DNA of 64,000 bases from Octopus vulgaris. Its lineage: Eukaryota. Below the pieces are notes generated by a model that saw nothing but the letters and a program-made list of their open reading frames with translations, was not told the origin of the DNA and made no database searches. This document shows, in pieces, positions 26,930 to 41,399 of this stretch (the first letter of the stretch is position 1; the number at the start of each line of letters is the position of its first letter). The stretch is taken from NCBI GenBank assembly GCA_951406725.2, contig OX597827.1, forward strand, positions 41,974,001-42,038,000. The letters are read 5' to 3'. A program made the position numbers and the translations under genes.

Positions 26930-27717
26930 AGGACAAAGAACTACAAGGCTCGAAATTTTGGGGGAGGTGACCAGTCGATTAGATCAACCTCAATACGCAC
27001 CTTGTATTTAATTTATCGATCCCGAAAGGATGAAAGGCAAAGTCGACCTCGGCGAAATTTGAACTCAGAACGTAAACACAGACGAATTAAAACTAAGCAT
27101 TTCGCACGGCGTGCTAACGTTTCTTATTTCTTTATTGCTCACAAGGGGCTAAACATAGAGGGGACAAGCAAGGACAGACAAAGAGATTAAGTCGATTACA
27201 TCGACCCCAGTGCGTAACTGGTACTTAATTTATAGATCCCGAAAGGATGAAAGGCAAAGTTGACCTCGGCGGAATTTGAACTCAGAACGTAAAGACAGAC
27301 GAAGTACCTATTTCTTTACTACCCACAAAGGGCTAAACACAGAGAAGACAAACAAGGACAGACAAACGGATTAAGTCGATTATATTGACCCCAGAGCGTA
27401 ACTGGTACTTAATTTATCGACCCCGAAAAGATGAAAGGCAAAGTCGACCTCGGCGGAATTTGAACTCAGAACGTAGCGGCAGACGAAATACCTATTTCTT
27501 TATTACCCACAAGGGGCTAAACACAGAGGGGACAAACAAGGACAGACATAGGTATTAAGTCGATTACATCGACCCCAGTGCCTAACTGGTACTTAATTTA
27601 TCGACCCCGAAAGGATGAAAGGCAAAGTCGACCTCGGCGGAATTTGAACTCACAACGTAACGCAGACGAAATACCGCTAAGCATTTCACCCGGTGTGCTA
27701 ACGTTTCTGCCAGCTCA
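26930..27717 (-). repeat. Tandem array of SINE-A body units (184-bp period, about 4 units)
   Basis: units begin at ~27125, 27309 and 27493 (tatttcttta...gacctcggcggaatttgaactc); head at 27660-27717. Confidence 0.9.
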
Positions 27718-27751
27718 CATCATTGCTACCACCATAATGTTATAATGATAC

Positions 27752-28072
27752 TGGCACTCCGTCGGTAGCGACGATCAGTGTTCCAGTTGATCCGATCGAC
27801 TGAACAGCCGGCTAATGAAATTAGCATGCAAGTGGCCGAGCATCCAACAGACGCGCGTACCCGTAACATAGTTCTGAGGAAAATTAAGCCTGACACAGAA
27901 TGTGACAAGGCAGGCTCTTTGTAATATGGGTACTACTCGTTTTATTACCAGCTGAGTGGATTGCAGTAAGGTGAAATAAAGTGTCTTGCTCAAGGACACA
28001 ATGCGAGACCGGGCATGACCCTACGTACGATCAAGAGCTGAATACTCTAACCACCAAACCACGAGACATCAC
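27752..28072 (-). mobile_element. SINE-B variant, diverged
   Basis: homologous to 23285-23600. Confidence 0.7.
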
Positions 28073-28074
28073 AA

Positions 28075-28210
28075 TATTGTAAGAAGAGAAAAAGAGAATA
28101 TATCAATTCAGAACTAATGAGAAATATCTACTTACTCCATGCTGGTTACTAGCTATTGGATTATACCAGTAATTATCGGTGCTCTTAGCTATGTGACCAA
28201 CTGCGGTTCA
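28075..28210 (+). pseudogene. C-terminal endonuclease remnant of the R4/Dong-like element
   Basis: ELMRNIYLLHAGY*...IIPVIIGALSYVT, compare RNLQLLYPDY...IPIIVGALGYV. Confidence 0.55.
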
Positions 28211-28804
28211 TTCCACTCCAATCTACTCGACTGATATAGAGTACAAGCCACATCCAGGCGAAGACTTCTCTCACTCCATCCTTAACACGATCGATGTTCG
28301 GAAGGGCGAAAGACTTGGAGGATCACGAGCGAGATTGTGTCAGTCTGCTCATGAATGCACGGCGCGGGAAGCATTTAGAAAAGGATAGATAAATTACCAA
28401 GCATACTCACTCGCTTGTAAGTGACGGCCAGGATTGTATATGTATGTATATATGCATGTATGTATGTTTATGTATGTATGTGAGTGTATATATTTATATA
28501 TATATATATATACGCACACACAAAAATATATATGTATATATCAGTGTAAATTGGAAAACATAAGTATATGCATGTATGTATGTATCTATCTATATATACA
28601 TACATATCTATCTATACATACACACACACACATACACATATATACACACATGGGTGTATGGAAACATTTACATTTATACGCGTTTATGTTAATTGTATAT
28701 ATGTACGTATATATACATTTATATAATGTATGTTTATGTATATATAAGTGTAAACAAATATATATATATACTTGTTTATGCACATATGTATATATGTACT
28801 TATG

Positions 28805-28844
<40 letters not shown>

Positions 28845-28848
<4 letters not shown>

Positions 28849-28909
28849 ATTTTGATTTTGATTTTTCCAGTTTCAGCTCATGAGCTGTGGCCATGCTGGG
28901 GCACCGCCA
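28845..28909 (-). mobile_element. Extremely 5'-truncated 3' end of the CR1-like LINE, in (TA)n
   Basis: agtttcagctcatgagctgtggccatgctggggcaccgcca matches 59452-59492. Confidence 0.8.
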
Positions 28910-28923
28910 TATATATATATATA

Positions 28924-29032
<109 letters not shown>

Positions 29033-29466
29033 AGACATAATATATATATAGACAAATATATATATGCATGTAAGTACAAGCGTATATACATGGCTAAAAC
29101 GTTGGATTACTGCGGCAATCACATCGAGCAAAAGACATGGTTGCATTGGAATCAATTGAAAAATCGATTCGCACTACATTTGCATTTGATGTGCACAGCA
29201 TTTGCACTTGCAATGCACTCTGTACACACATTTTCCTTAGATTTCATGACAATTACGTTCCTAATGTCTGCGAACGAAGTAGTCCTGCTATTAAATATAA
29301 TCATTCCACTCTACAGCCATATCCTCCCCCAAAATCCTGCATTCATAGAATGTGGAGATGGAAACATTTAGATATAATCACATTTATGTACATAGCTATT
29401 TATACGTATTTGTACATTCATAAATATACACATGCATGCACAAACACATCCATGTGTGTTTGTGTG

Positions 29467-29506
<40 letters not shown>

Positions 29507-29898
29507 CACACATATATATATATATGTATGTATATATACACACATATATTTATGTATATGTATATATATGTATGTATGTATGCATGTGTATATATACATA
29601 TGAAAAATAGATTTATGTACGTCCACGTACTTCTCTGTCTCTCTTTCTCCGTGCATAGGCATGTATAATATGTATATATGTGTGTGTATATCTATCTATA
29701 TGTATATATATGTGTGTGTGTATGTGTGTGTACGTATATATGTATATGTATATCTAGATTCAACCATATTAGAACGCAAATATTATTATATATATATGTA
29801 TAACTGTATATATCTCATATATATAGAGAGATATATATATATATAGAGAGAGAGAGAGTATATACCTATATATATAAATAATATATAGATATTTATTA

Positions 29899-29930
<32 letters not shown>

Positions 29931-29956
29931 TTGTGTATGTATCACTTGTATGAATG

Positions 29957-30002
<46 letters not shown>

Positions 30003-30054
30003 CATAATTGGTATGTGTATCTATCTGTTTATCTATCTATCTATCTATCTATCC

Positions 30055-30152
<98 letters not shown>

Positions 30153-30308
30153 ATACACATAGGTATGTATACACATGAATTTCAAACGCATAAATTCATA
30201 TTACAGATTTATGTATGCAATATCATATGATGGATTAATGTTTATGTATGGCTTTTATGTGCGTGTGCGTGCATATACACTCAGAACAATATATATATAT
30301 ATATATAA

Positions 30309-30435
<127 letters not shown>

Positions 30436-30513
30436 TATATATATATAAATATATATGCATGTATATATATATTTCTGTGTGTGTCCGTATGTGTGTATCT
30501 ATCCACCGATCTT

Positions 30514-30586
<73 letters not shown>

Positions 30587-31402
30587 ATCAAAACATACTT
30601 ATATATACATAAATGAATATTTAGACATACATCTATACTTACAAACATATACATTACAGACACACATACATATACACATGCATACATACACACTCACACA
30701 CACGCATACATACATACATACGTACATACGTACACACATACATACATACATACATACATACATACGTACATACGTACACACATACATACATGCATACATA
30801 CATACATACGTACATACGTACACACATACATACATACATACATACATACATACATACATACATACAACATACATACATACATACATACATACATAAACAC
30901 ATACATATGCATCCACTCTGGCAATGTAACTTGTTTACAAGTTTCTAAATTGCGCATTAATAAATCTACTTAACATTATGCTCCCTCGATTCCTTTGTCG
31001 TAGTCGAATTGCTTTCGTTGTTGTTGTTGTTGTAGCTGTTGTTGCTTTTGTTGTTGTTATTGTTATTATATTCTTCAACAATGTTTTGATCCTGCTCTTA
31101 ATTTTTCAAATTTTTTCTTTCTTCCTTTTCTCTCTTCTAAGGCTTGTTGTTTTGATGTCTCTTTTCTGTATTTCATATCAGTAATACTCTGTTTTTGTTA
31201 GGTTGTTTCTCTTATATATATATAAGAGAGTCTGTGTGTATATACACACACAAATATATACATACATATGTGTATATATATAAGCAGATATGTATATATA
31301 TATATACGTGTATATACATAGGTAGATATATATATATACATATGTATATATGTATATGTATATATGAATATATATATGTATTTATATATATATAAATGAA
31401 AA

Positions 31403-31433
<31 letters not shown>

Positions 31434-31598
31434 ATATTTCATTTTCTCATTATTGATGATTGTCCGTTGTTGTTGTTGTTGTTGTTGTTGTTTCTGTTGT
31501 CCCTGCTGTTTTTCGTCTTTCTTGTTCTTTGTACGGGCATTTCCAAACATATCTAACACACACTCGCATACACACATACACACACTCAGACACACACA

Positions 31599-31642
<44 letters not shown>

Positions 31643-31828
31643 CGTGCATTTCTAATATATATATATACATACGTACATTTCTAATATATATATACAAAAC
31701 TGTATTTAAACATTTATACAGATGCATAAATTAAAGTGTGTATATGTAAATAAATGTATATATCTATGTTTTTTATAGGTATATATGTATGTGTATATGT
31801 GTGTGTATATATATATAGACAAACACAT

Positions 31829-31879
<51 letters not shown>

Positions 31880-32162
31880 ATTAGAGACATACACATATAC
31901 GGATATATACACACATGTATATATATTTGCAATTATCCTGCAATATATACGCGCAAGTGAATATATGGAACTACTCTTCAGGGTGTCTGCATACAGCTCT
32001 AATAAGTGTGGACATATCAAAGTATATAAAAGTGAGATGGATGCATATACACATATACACATCCTCACACGCACATTAATGGGTGTGTGAAATCTACACA
32101 CACAAACAACACACACATACACTTTAATATACGCAAACACGCACATATGTATGTGAATGTTT

Positions 32163-32209
<47 letters not shown>

Positions 32210-32558
32210 ATGTATATAACCACATACTTATATATTGATATCGACTGATGGAATTCTCTACTTTTAATGTATACTCTGATTTCTTCCTTCCTTTTTTTTT
32301 TTAGGTTCCTTTATATTTCTTTATTTCTTTCATCCTTTTGTCCTCTTATTCTTTCAATCTCGTTTCCTTTCGTTCTGCTGGTTCCATCATCGTCCCACGT
32401 TTCCTCTGCTCGTTTCTGTACACACAGGCGAAAATACATTCAAACCGACACACAAATGTATGAGCATAGGTATGTGTATAGGTTTATATGCATGTATGCC
32501 TGTATGTAATGTATGTACGTATCCATGTATGTATGTGTGTATGTATATACATTGTGTG

Positions 32559-32607
<49 letters not shown>

Positions 32608-32757
32608 GCGTGCGTGTGTATATACATACATATATATATATAGACAGATAGATATATATATCCACGTATGTATATATACATATACATAGCTACATACATG
32701 CATATACATATATTACATATATAAGCGTATTTAGAAATATACAAATACATATATTCA

Positions 32758-32796
<39 letters not shown>

Positions 32797-32986
32797 TATA
32801 TATATAAATATATATATACAGCTAATATGTATATACAGGTAAATTTATATATATATACATACACACATATATGTATCTATTATGTTTCCACACAAATGCA
32901 CACATGCAACACACACTCACAAGTACATTACCTGTATACATGCATATGTCTGTATATATGCATATATGTACGAATGTATCCATGCC

Positions 32987-33113
<127 letters not shown>

Positions 33114-33401
33114 ACTTATATATGTACATATATGCACGTATATATGTATGTACCTGTGTTTGTATATTTATGTATATATGTATGCATATGATGTGGCACC
33201 CAGTCAAGAATCCGACAACCATTTCCGATAAGTTGTCTTGGATTGAGACGATCAATATTTTCTGCACAATTAACCAAATTTCCTTCACCTCTCCCTCTGC
33301 TCTCCTATTATCCATTTGGTGTCTATCTACCTACCTACCTACCTTCCTGCCTACCTACCTACCTACCTACCTACCTACCTACCTATCTATCTATCTATCT
33401 C

Positions 33402-33444
<43 letters not shown>

Positions 33445-33449
33445 GTCTG

Positions 33450-33544
<95 letters not shown>

Positions 33545-33577
33545 GTCTGTCTATCTATCTATCTATCTATCTATCTG

Positions 33578-33610
<33 letters not shown>

Positions 33611-33742
33611 ATCTCTGCTGCTCAGTCCGTCTACCTGCCTGTTTGCCCGTCTCTACGTATCTGAACGTCTTTAAGTATATCTTTGCCTTTGTCTAATGCT
33701 CTACCACATCCTTGCAGAGACGCACAACGCTTTTATACATTA

Positions 33743-33802
<60 letters not shown>

Positions 33803-34258
33803 TACATATATACACCTTGTTGTACACACATAGATATATACACATTTACAAATTCATGCATGCACATACATAACTCTCTTTTATTCTTCCCTCTGACACT
33901 TTTAGCTTGTTGTGTGCATGTGTGTGTATGTCTGTGTGTGAATGTGTGCGCAAGAGTACTTTTGTAAATCAGGGGGAAAAGAAAATTCTTTCTTCTGCTT
34001 TAGTATGTTAAATGGAAATGGACAAGATTGATCCGTTTGTCTGAATGTCTGCCTCTCATGCTTACTTTCACTATCGGTTCCTTACGCTCCCATATCTCAC
34101 AAATGTTTCTTCCTGTACACACACACACACACACGGACAAATATGTATGTACGTATGTATGCATGTATGTATGTATGTATGTATGTATGTATGTATGTAT
34201 GTTTGTATGTATGTATGTATGTATGTATGTATGTATGTATGTATGTATGTATGTATGT

Positions 34259-34334
<76 letters not shown>

Positions 34335-34625
34335 ATATATATATATATACCTTCGAAACGCGGAGTAGATGAAACAGGGACAACTGAAGAAGGGGAATAT
34401 TCCTTGTGTTGTATGTCTTGTACTCTTTTTTTTTCGCTGTTTGAAAAAAAGTTCGTTTCTATGTTTTTGTCTTTATGTTTTCGTTTCTCATTGTGTTCAG
34501 CGTTATTTTTTATGTCCTGTACCCATGTATGCATGTATAAATACATATATATGTAGGTATGTACATATATGTATATATGCATATATTTATATATCATTTA
34601 TATTATATATAAATATTTATATATA

Positions 34626-34661
<36 letters not shown>

Positions 34662-34674
34662 CATATATATCTGT

Positions 34675-34956
34675 TCTTTTTACTCATTTTACACGTTGCA
34701 ATAATTTGACTTCGACCATGCTGGAGCACCGCCTTTAGTCGAAGAAATCTACCGCTGAACTTATTCTTTGTAAGCTAGTACTTATTCTATCGGTCTTTTT
34801 CACCGAACCGCTAAGTAAAGGGACATAAACAGATTAACATCGGTTGTCAAGCGATGGTTGGTAGGATAAAGAGACACAAAAACTCACACACACATGTGTG
34901 CGTGCGTGTATATATATATATATGTATGTATGTTCGTATGTATGTATGTATGTGTG

Positions 34957-35014
<58 letters not shown>

Positions 35015-35162
35015 TAAATATACATGATAAGCTTCTTTTGCTTTATCACATCCGCCCACGAGGCTTTGGTCGGCCTTAGGCTATAGTAGAAGACACTTGT
35101 CCAAGTACCACGCACCCAGAACCATGTAGTTGGGAAGCAATCTTCTCACCACACAGTCACGC

Positions 35163-35165
<3 letters not shown>
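34675..35165 (-). mobile_element. SINE-C, diverged
   Basis: SINE-C tail, body and head with expanded internal microsatellite. Confidence 0.75.
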
Positions 35166-35212
<47 letters not shown>

Positions 35213-35509
35213 ATGTATGTATACGCAAGCATACATATATTGTACGTGTATATGTATGTGAGTGTGAGATAAGGTGTGGTATATACGTGCGTGGGTGTCA
35301 GCATTAGTAAGTTACAGGGCTTCACGTTTTCAATTTTTTGTTTTATGAAGAGTGAAACTAAATGAAAATAACACGAAGAAACCTTACACGTACAATGTCA
35401 GGTTTTTTTCAATCGTTAACGATTATTCAAATATACACGTATGCAAATATACGTGTATACAATGTATGTATGTATGTATGTATGTTTCTACATGAATGCA
35501 TGTATATGT

Positions 35510-35575
<66 letters not shown>

Positions 35576-36415
35576 GAGAAAAAGAGAGAGTGGAAGAGAG
35601 ACAGAAAAAGAGGAAGGTTTAAAATTGAGACAGACTGACAGGCAATGAGGCATATACACGCAATTATATATATATATATATATATATCGGTGTGAGTAAA
35701 TGAATGTATATATAAGTATGTATATGTATGTGTCTGTGTTTATATACATAAATGTGTATGTATAAGCCTGTATGTCTTGTGCATAGCCTTGTAGGATTTT
35801 TAAATGGTTAAAATTCTCCTTCCTCAATATATTTTAGTTTTAATGCTTGATCGCCGTACATACCTACCTACCTACCTACCTACCTACCTACCTACCTACC
35901 TACCTACCTACCTACCTACATACATACATACATACATACATGCATGCATACATACATACATACATACATGCATACATACATACATACATACATACATACA
36001 TACGTACATACATACATAGGTATGTGTGTGCGCATTTGTGTATCTATTGAGTTGATACTACGAAAATAACTCTGAAATATTTTTTCAATACACTTTTGTG
36101 TGTGGGTATACACTCACACACACGTACACATGTGCATATACATACATACATACACGCATACATACATACATACATACATACATACATACATACATACACA
36201 CATACATATATATGTATGTACGTATGTATGTATGTATATTTATACTTTATAATTTGTATAATTATGAATGGTGATGTAATATCTATTATGTAACTAACAT
36301 GATTATGATACAGCTAGAAACAAACTGAATAAACATATAATCGAACATTGCTTGTCTTATCTGTTCTCGCTCTGCCGTGCTGTCTGTCTTTTCTCTCACT
36401 CACTCTCTTTCAGCC

Positions 36416-36479
<64 letters not shown>

Positions 36480-36536
36480 TATATAAACGGCCTGTTTCTC
36501 TTTCTCTCACCCTGACCACTCACTCTCTTTCAGCTC

Positions 36537-36662
<126 letters not shown>

Positions 36663-36714
36663 AACACACACGCACACACACATACACTTATACTCTTTAC
36701 TATTATTCTCTGTT

Positions 36715-37110
36715 TTACTCTTTTAATTGTTTCAGTCTTTTGGCTGCGGCCAAGCTGGAGCACCGCCTTTAGTCGAGCAAATCGACCCCAGAACTTATTC
36801 TTTGTAAGCCTAGTACTTATTCTATCGGTCTCTTTTGCCGAACCGTTAAGTTACGTGGACATAAACACACCAGCATCGATTGTTAATCGATGTTGGTGGG
36901 GGGGGGGGACAAACACAGACACACAAGCACACACACAAACATATATATATATATAAGACGGGCTTCTTTCTGTTTCCATCTACCAAATCCACTCACAAGG
37001 CTTTGGTCGGCGCGAGGCTACATTAGAAGACACATGCCCAAAGTGCCACGCAGTGGGATTGAAGCCAGAATAATGTGGTTGGTAAACAAGCTACTTACCA
37101 CACAGCCACT
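36715..37110 (-). mobile_element. SINE-C
   Basis: matches the SINE-C consensus. Confidence 0.85.
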
Positions 37111-37467
37111 ATATATATAATATATTACATACATGTATATGTATACACTGTAATGCAACACTTCTTGAAATATAAATTTTAATGAAAATAGCAGCTTCGA
37201 TATTCATTTCACACGTGCTTCATTTTTTTTTTTTTTTTTAGGTTTTTCTCCGGGAGTTTCATGTAGCGTCGTGCAATCATCAATAACTAAAATATTCTGC
37301 CTATCTTCTTACATTCTGTATGCCCGCATTGTGTTATTTCATTCCATATTATCAAATATTCCGCGATGCAAAGGCATAATTCTTGTGTCTCTGCGGAGAC
37401 CATTTTGTGAAGATTTTTTCTCGTGATATATCTAAGAGTCTAATTATGTAACCTTTATATCATTCCA

Positions 37468-38025
37468 TGTGGAGGCTTAGTGGTAAGGGTGTCAGCATCA
37501 TGAGCGTAAGATTGTGGTTTCGATTCCTGGACCGGGCGACGCGGTGTGTTCTTGAACACAAACACTTCATTTCACGTTGCTCCAGTCCACTCAGCTAGCA
37601 AAAATGAGTAACGCTGCGATGGACTGGCGTCCCGTCCAGCTGCGGAACACGTACGCCTTTGAAACCGGGAAACTGGGCCCATGAGCCTAGCTAGGCTTTA
37701 AAAATGGCGCCGTGGAGGCGCAATGGCCCAGTGGTTAGGGCAGCGGACTCGCGGTCGGATGATCGCGGTTTCGATTCCCAGACCGGACGTTGTGTGTGTT
37801 TATTGAGCGAAAACACCTAAAAGCTCCACGAGGCTCCGGCAGGGGGTGGAGTGGCGACCCCTGCTGTACTCTTTTGCCCCAAGTTTCTCTCACTCTTTCT
37901 TCCTGTTACTTGAGTAACACTGCGATGGACTGGCGTCCCGTCAAGCTGGGGGAACACATACGCCATAGAAACCGGGCCCCCGAGCCTGGCTAGGCTTGAA
38001 AAGGGCGCATAAATAATAAAAAAAA
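37468..38025 (+). mobile_element. Head-to-tail pair of SINE-B-type elements sharing a V-domain-like tail
   Basis: tRNA-like heads at 37468 and 37712; both end gagtaac.ctgcgatggactggcgtcccgtc...gagcct.gctaggctt. Confidence 0.8.
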
Positions 38026-38310
38026 CTCATTTCATATATGTATGTATGTATTTGTTTCCATATATAAATCGGTATCTATCAGAACTAGAGACTTCAGTCT
38101 AATATTTCTTTATTCATTTCTTAATATCTGTTTTTACTCTAGTATTAATATTCGTATTTTATGGCTATATTCTTGCTACGTTTGTATTTGATTACATATT
38201 AATAATTTCTACGTTATGGAGTGATCAGTCTGCGTGACTACAAAAGCAATAGATATTTAAATTGATAAAAGAACTATTTCTGTCTATGTATGTGTGCACA
38301 TAAGCATGTA

Positions 38311-38352
<42 letters not shown>

Positions 38353-38496
38353 GAATGTATATCGATGTATGTACGTATCTGTACGTGTATGTATCTATTT
38401 ATGTATGTATGGATACGCTTGCAAGTTTCCGTATATATGTATGTATGCATGTGTTCATGTACGTATGTACATATATATCTATATATTTATGTGTAC

Positions 38497-38554
<58 letters not shown>

Positions 38555-38648
38555 GCGCGTGTGTGTGTGTATTTATAAATGTAGGTGTGTATGTATATGC
38601 GTATGATTATACGTATGTACCTGCTTATGAATGTTTGTATGTACATAT

Positions 38649-39045
38649 AGGCGCAAGCATGGCTGTGTGGTAAGAAGCTTGCTTCCAACCACTTTGTTCC
38701 GGTTTCATTCCCACTGCCTGGCTCCTTCGGTAAATGTCTTCTACTATATACTAGGGCAGGCCAAAGCCTTTGTGAGTGGATTTGGTAGGCGGAAACTGAA
38801 AGAAACCCGTTGTATATACATTTATATGTATGTATATGCGTATGTTTGTGTCTCTGGTTGTCGCCCCACCATCTCTTGAAAACCGATGTTAGTGTCTTTA
38901 AATCACCGTAAGTTAGTGGTTCGGCAAAAGAGGGCGATAGAATAACAACTAGGCTTACAAAGAATAAGTCCCGGTGTCGATTTGTTCTACTAAAGGCGAT
39001 GCTCCAGAATGGCCGCAGTCGAATGACTGAAACAAATACAAGAAT
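38649..39045 (+). mobile_element. SINE-C, diverged
   Basis: head to tail. Confidence 0.8.
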
Positions 39046-39410
39046 ATATAGAATATGTTGGTTCTTCGGTTTGCACGATATGTAGGTATTAATGTATAAG
39101 CCGTATTCGTATACATATATTATCCTTATATGTATCATGAACTTATCCTTTCCCCAATACATCTCCCTGCACAGGACGCCAGTCTATTATACGGTTATTT
39201 CCCCGCTTTTAGTGATGTTCATTTTCAAATAAGCGTAGAATGGTATTCCCTGCTGATAAACACTACACACTGCGCAGTTTGATAATTGAAACATATGGAC
39301 AAACAATTATGAGTCAGACTCCTTAACTACTGGGTTAACGCCTTCACTGTGTATGTATACGTATATATATATATGTATATACACATATATATATATATAT
39401 ATATATATCT

Positions 39411-39480
<70 letters not shown>

Positions 39481-39482
<2 letters not shown>

Positions 39483-39800
39483 GCGCAGGATTGGCTGTGT
39501 GGTAAGTAGCTTGCTTACCAACCACATGGGCAAATGTCTTCTACTATAGCCTCGGGCCGACCAAAGCCTTGTGAGTGGATTTGGTAGACGGAAACCGAGA
39601 GAAGCCTGTAATATATATGTATATATAAATGTATGTGTCTGTGTTTATCCTCTCCCCTAGCATCGGTTCGGCAACAGAGACCAATTTATAAGTACTAGGC
39701 TTGCAAAAAATAAGTCCTGGAGTCGATTTGCTCGACTAAAGGCTGTACTCCAGCATGGCCGCAGTCAAATGACTGAAACAAGTAAAAAGAGTAAAAAAAG
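39481..39800 (+). mobile_element. SINE-C with internal deletions
   Basis: head to tail. Confidence 0.8.
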
Positions 39801-39876
39801 AATATGAGTGTATAGCTGTGTGTTTACGCATGTATGCATGTGTGTATATATGTGTGTATGTATGTATGTATATATA

Positions 39877-40083
39877 TTTACTACCCACAAGGGGCTAAAC
39901 ATAGAGAGGACAAACAAGGACAGACATCGACCCCAGTGCGTAACTGGTACTTAATTTATCGACCCCGAAAGGATGAAAGGCAAAGTCGACCTCGGTGGAA
40001 TTTGAACCCAGAACGTAACGGCAGACGAAATACGGCTACGCATTTCGCCCGGTGTGCTAACGTTTCTGCCAGCTCGTCGCCTT
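39877..40083 (-). mobile_element. SINE-A
   Basis: ends gtttctgccagctcgtcgcctt; Nin-like domain present. Confidence 0.8.
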
Positions 40084-40370
40084 TGTATGTATGTATATAT
40101 ATGTATGTATGTATTATGTACGTAAGTATGTGTGTGTGTTTGTATATATACCAGTTGCCGGATTCGTTATAATCTAGGTATATCAACATGTAGAGCGCTA
40201 GGATTGGCCGGGTACTGAGCATGCCAGTACGTTGAAGCATTTTCTTAGTTGCCGTATGTTGGTAAGTATGGCGGATTTTTGCCCTGATGTAATCTAAGAA
40301 TGCATCAATAACACGTTGCCGAAACAGATGTGCAATTTGAAACCCACTTGTGTTCTTTGTATATACATAC

Positions 40371-40446
<76 letters not shown>

Positions 40447-40953
40447 TTGTTTACACATAAGTATATACTCTTTACTCTTTTACTTGTTTCAGGCATGTGA
40501 CTATGTCCATGCTGCAGCACCGTTTTTAGTCGAGCAAATCGACTCCAGGACTTATTCTTTGTAAGCCTAGTACTTATACCATCGGTCACTTTTGCCGAAC
40601 TGCTAAGTTACGGGGACTTAAACACACCAGCATCGGTTGTCAAGCGATGTTGGGGGGACAAACATAGACACACACAAACACACACATATATATATACGAC
40701 GGGCTTCTTTCAGTTTCCGTCTACCAAATCCACTCACAAGGCTTTGGTCGTCCCGAGGCTATAGTGTCACACAGTGGGACTGAACCCGGAACCATGTGGT
40801 TCATAAGCAAGCTACTTTATGCCATAAAATTTGCCTTTACGGCATTACAAAGAGTAGCTTGCGGGCTGGACAGAAACATTAATGAAAAAAAACGTCCGCC
40901 GATTTTTCGCTTCTCTAATACATTATTCTTCTTTTAAAAAATAAAATGAGGTA

Positions 40954-41342
40954 TAGGCGCAGGAGTGGCTGTGTGGTAAGTAGCTTGCTAACCAACCACA
41001 TGGTTCCGGGTTCAGTCCCACTGCGTGGTATCTTGGGCAAGTGTCTTCTGCTATAGCTCCGGGCCGACCAATGCCTTGTGAGTGGATTTGGTAGACGGAA
41101 ACTGAAAGAAGCCTGTCGTATATATGTATATATATAAGTTTGTGTGTCTGTGTTTGCCCCCCTAGCATTGCTTGACAACCGATGCTGGTGTGTTTACGTC
41201 TTCGTCACCTGGCGGTTCGGCAAATGAGACCGATAGAATAAGTACTGGGCTTACAAAGAATAAGTCCCGGGGTCGATTTGATCGACTAAAGGCGGTGCTC
41301 CATCATGGCCGCAGTCAAATGACTGAAACAAGTAAAAGAGTA
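40954..41342 (+). mobile_element. SINE-C, full length, nested in the copy-2 3'UTR
   Basis: near-consensus head to tail; flanks rejoin into a sequence homologous to the copy-1 3'UTR. Confidence 0.88.
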
Positions 41343-41399
41343 TTAAACCTCTTACTTTGGTTTATTACAAATTTTCCTTTTGTCTTAAAAAAGAACGCA

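Noticed and set aside
26930-27717. Regularly spaced repeats suggesting a CRISPR array
   Set aside because: Whole 184-bp units are homologous with no unique spacers; eukaryotic SINE multimer, no cas genes.
34348-34410. ctgaaga and gaaac motifs near each other
   Set aside because: Order is permuted and stems cannot be closed convincingly into a hammerhead.
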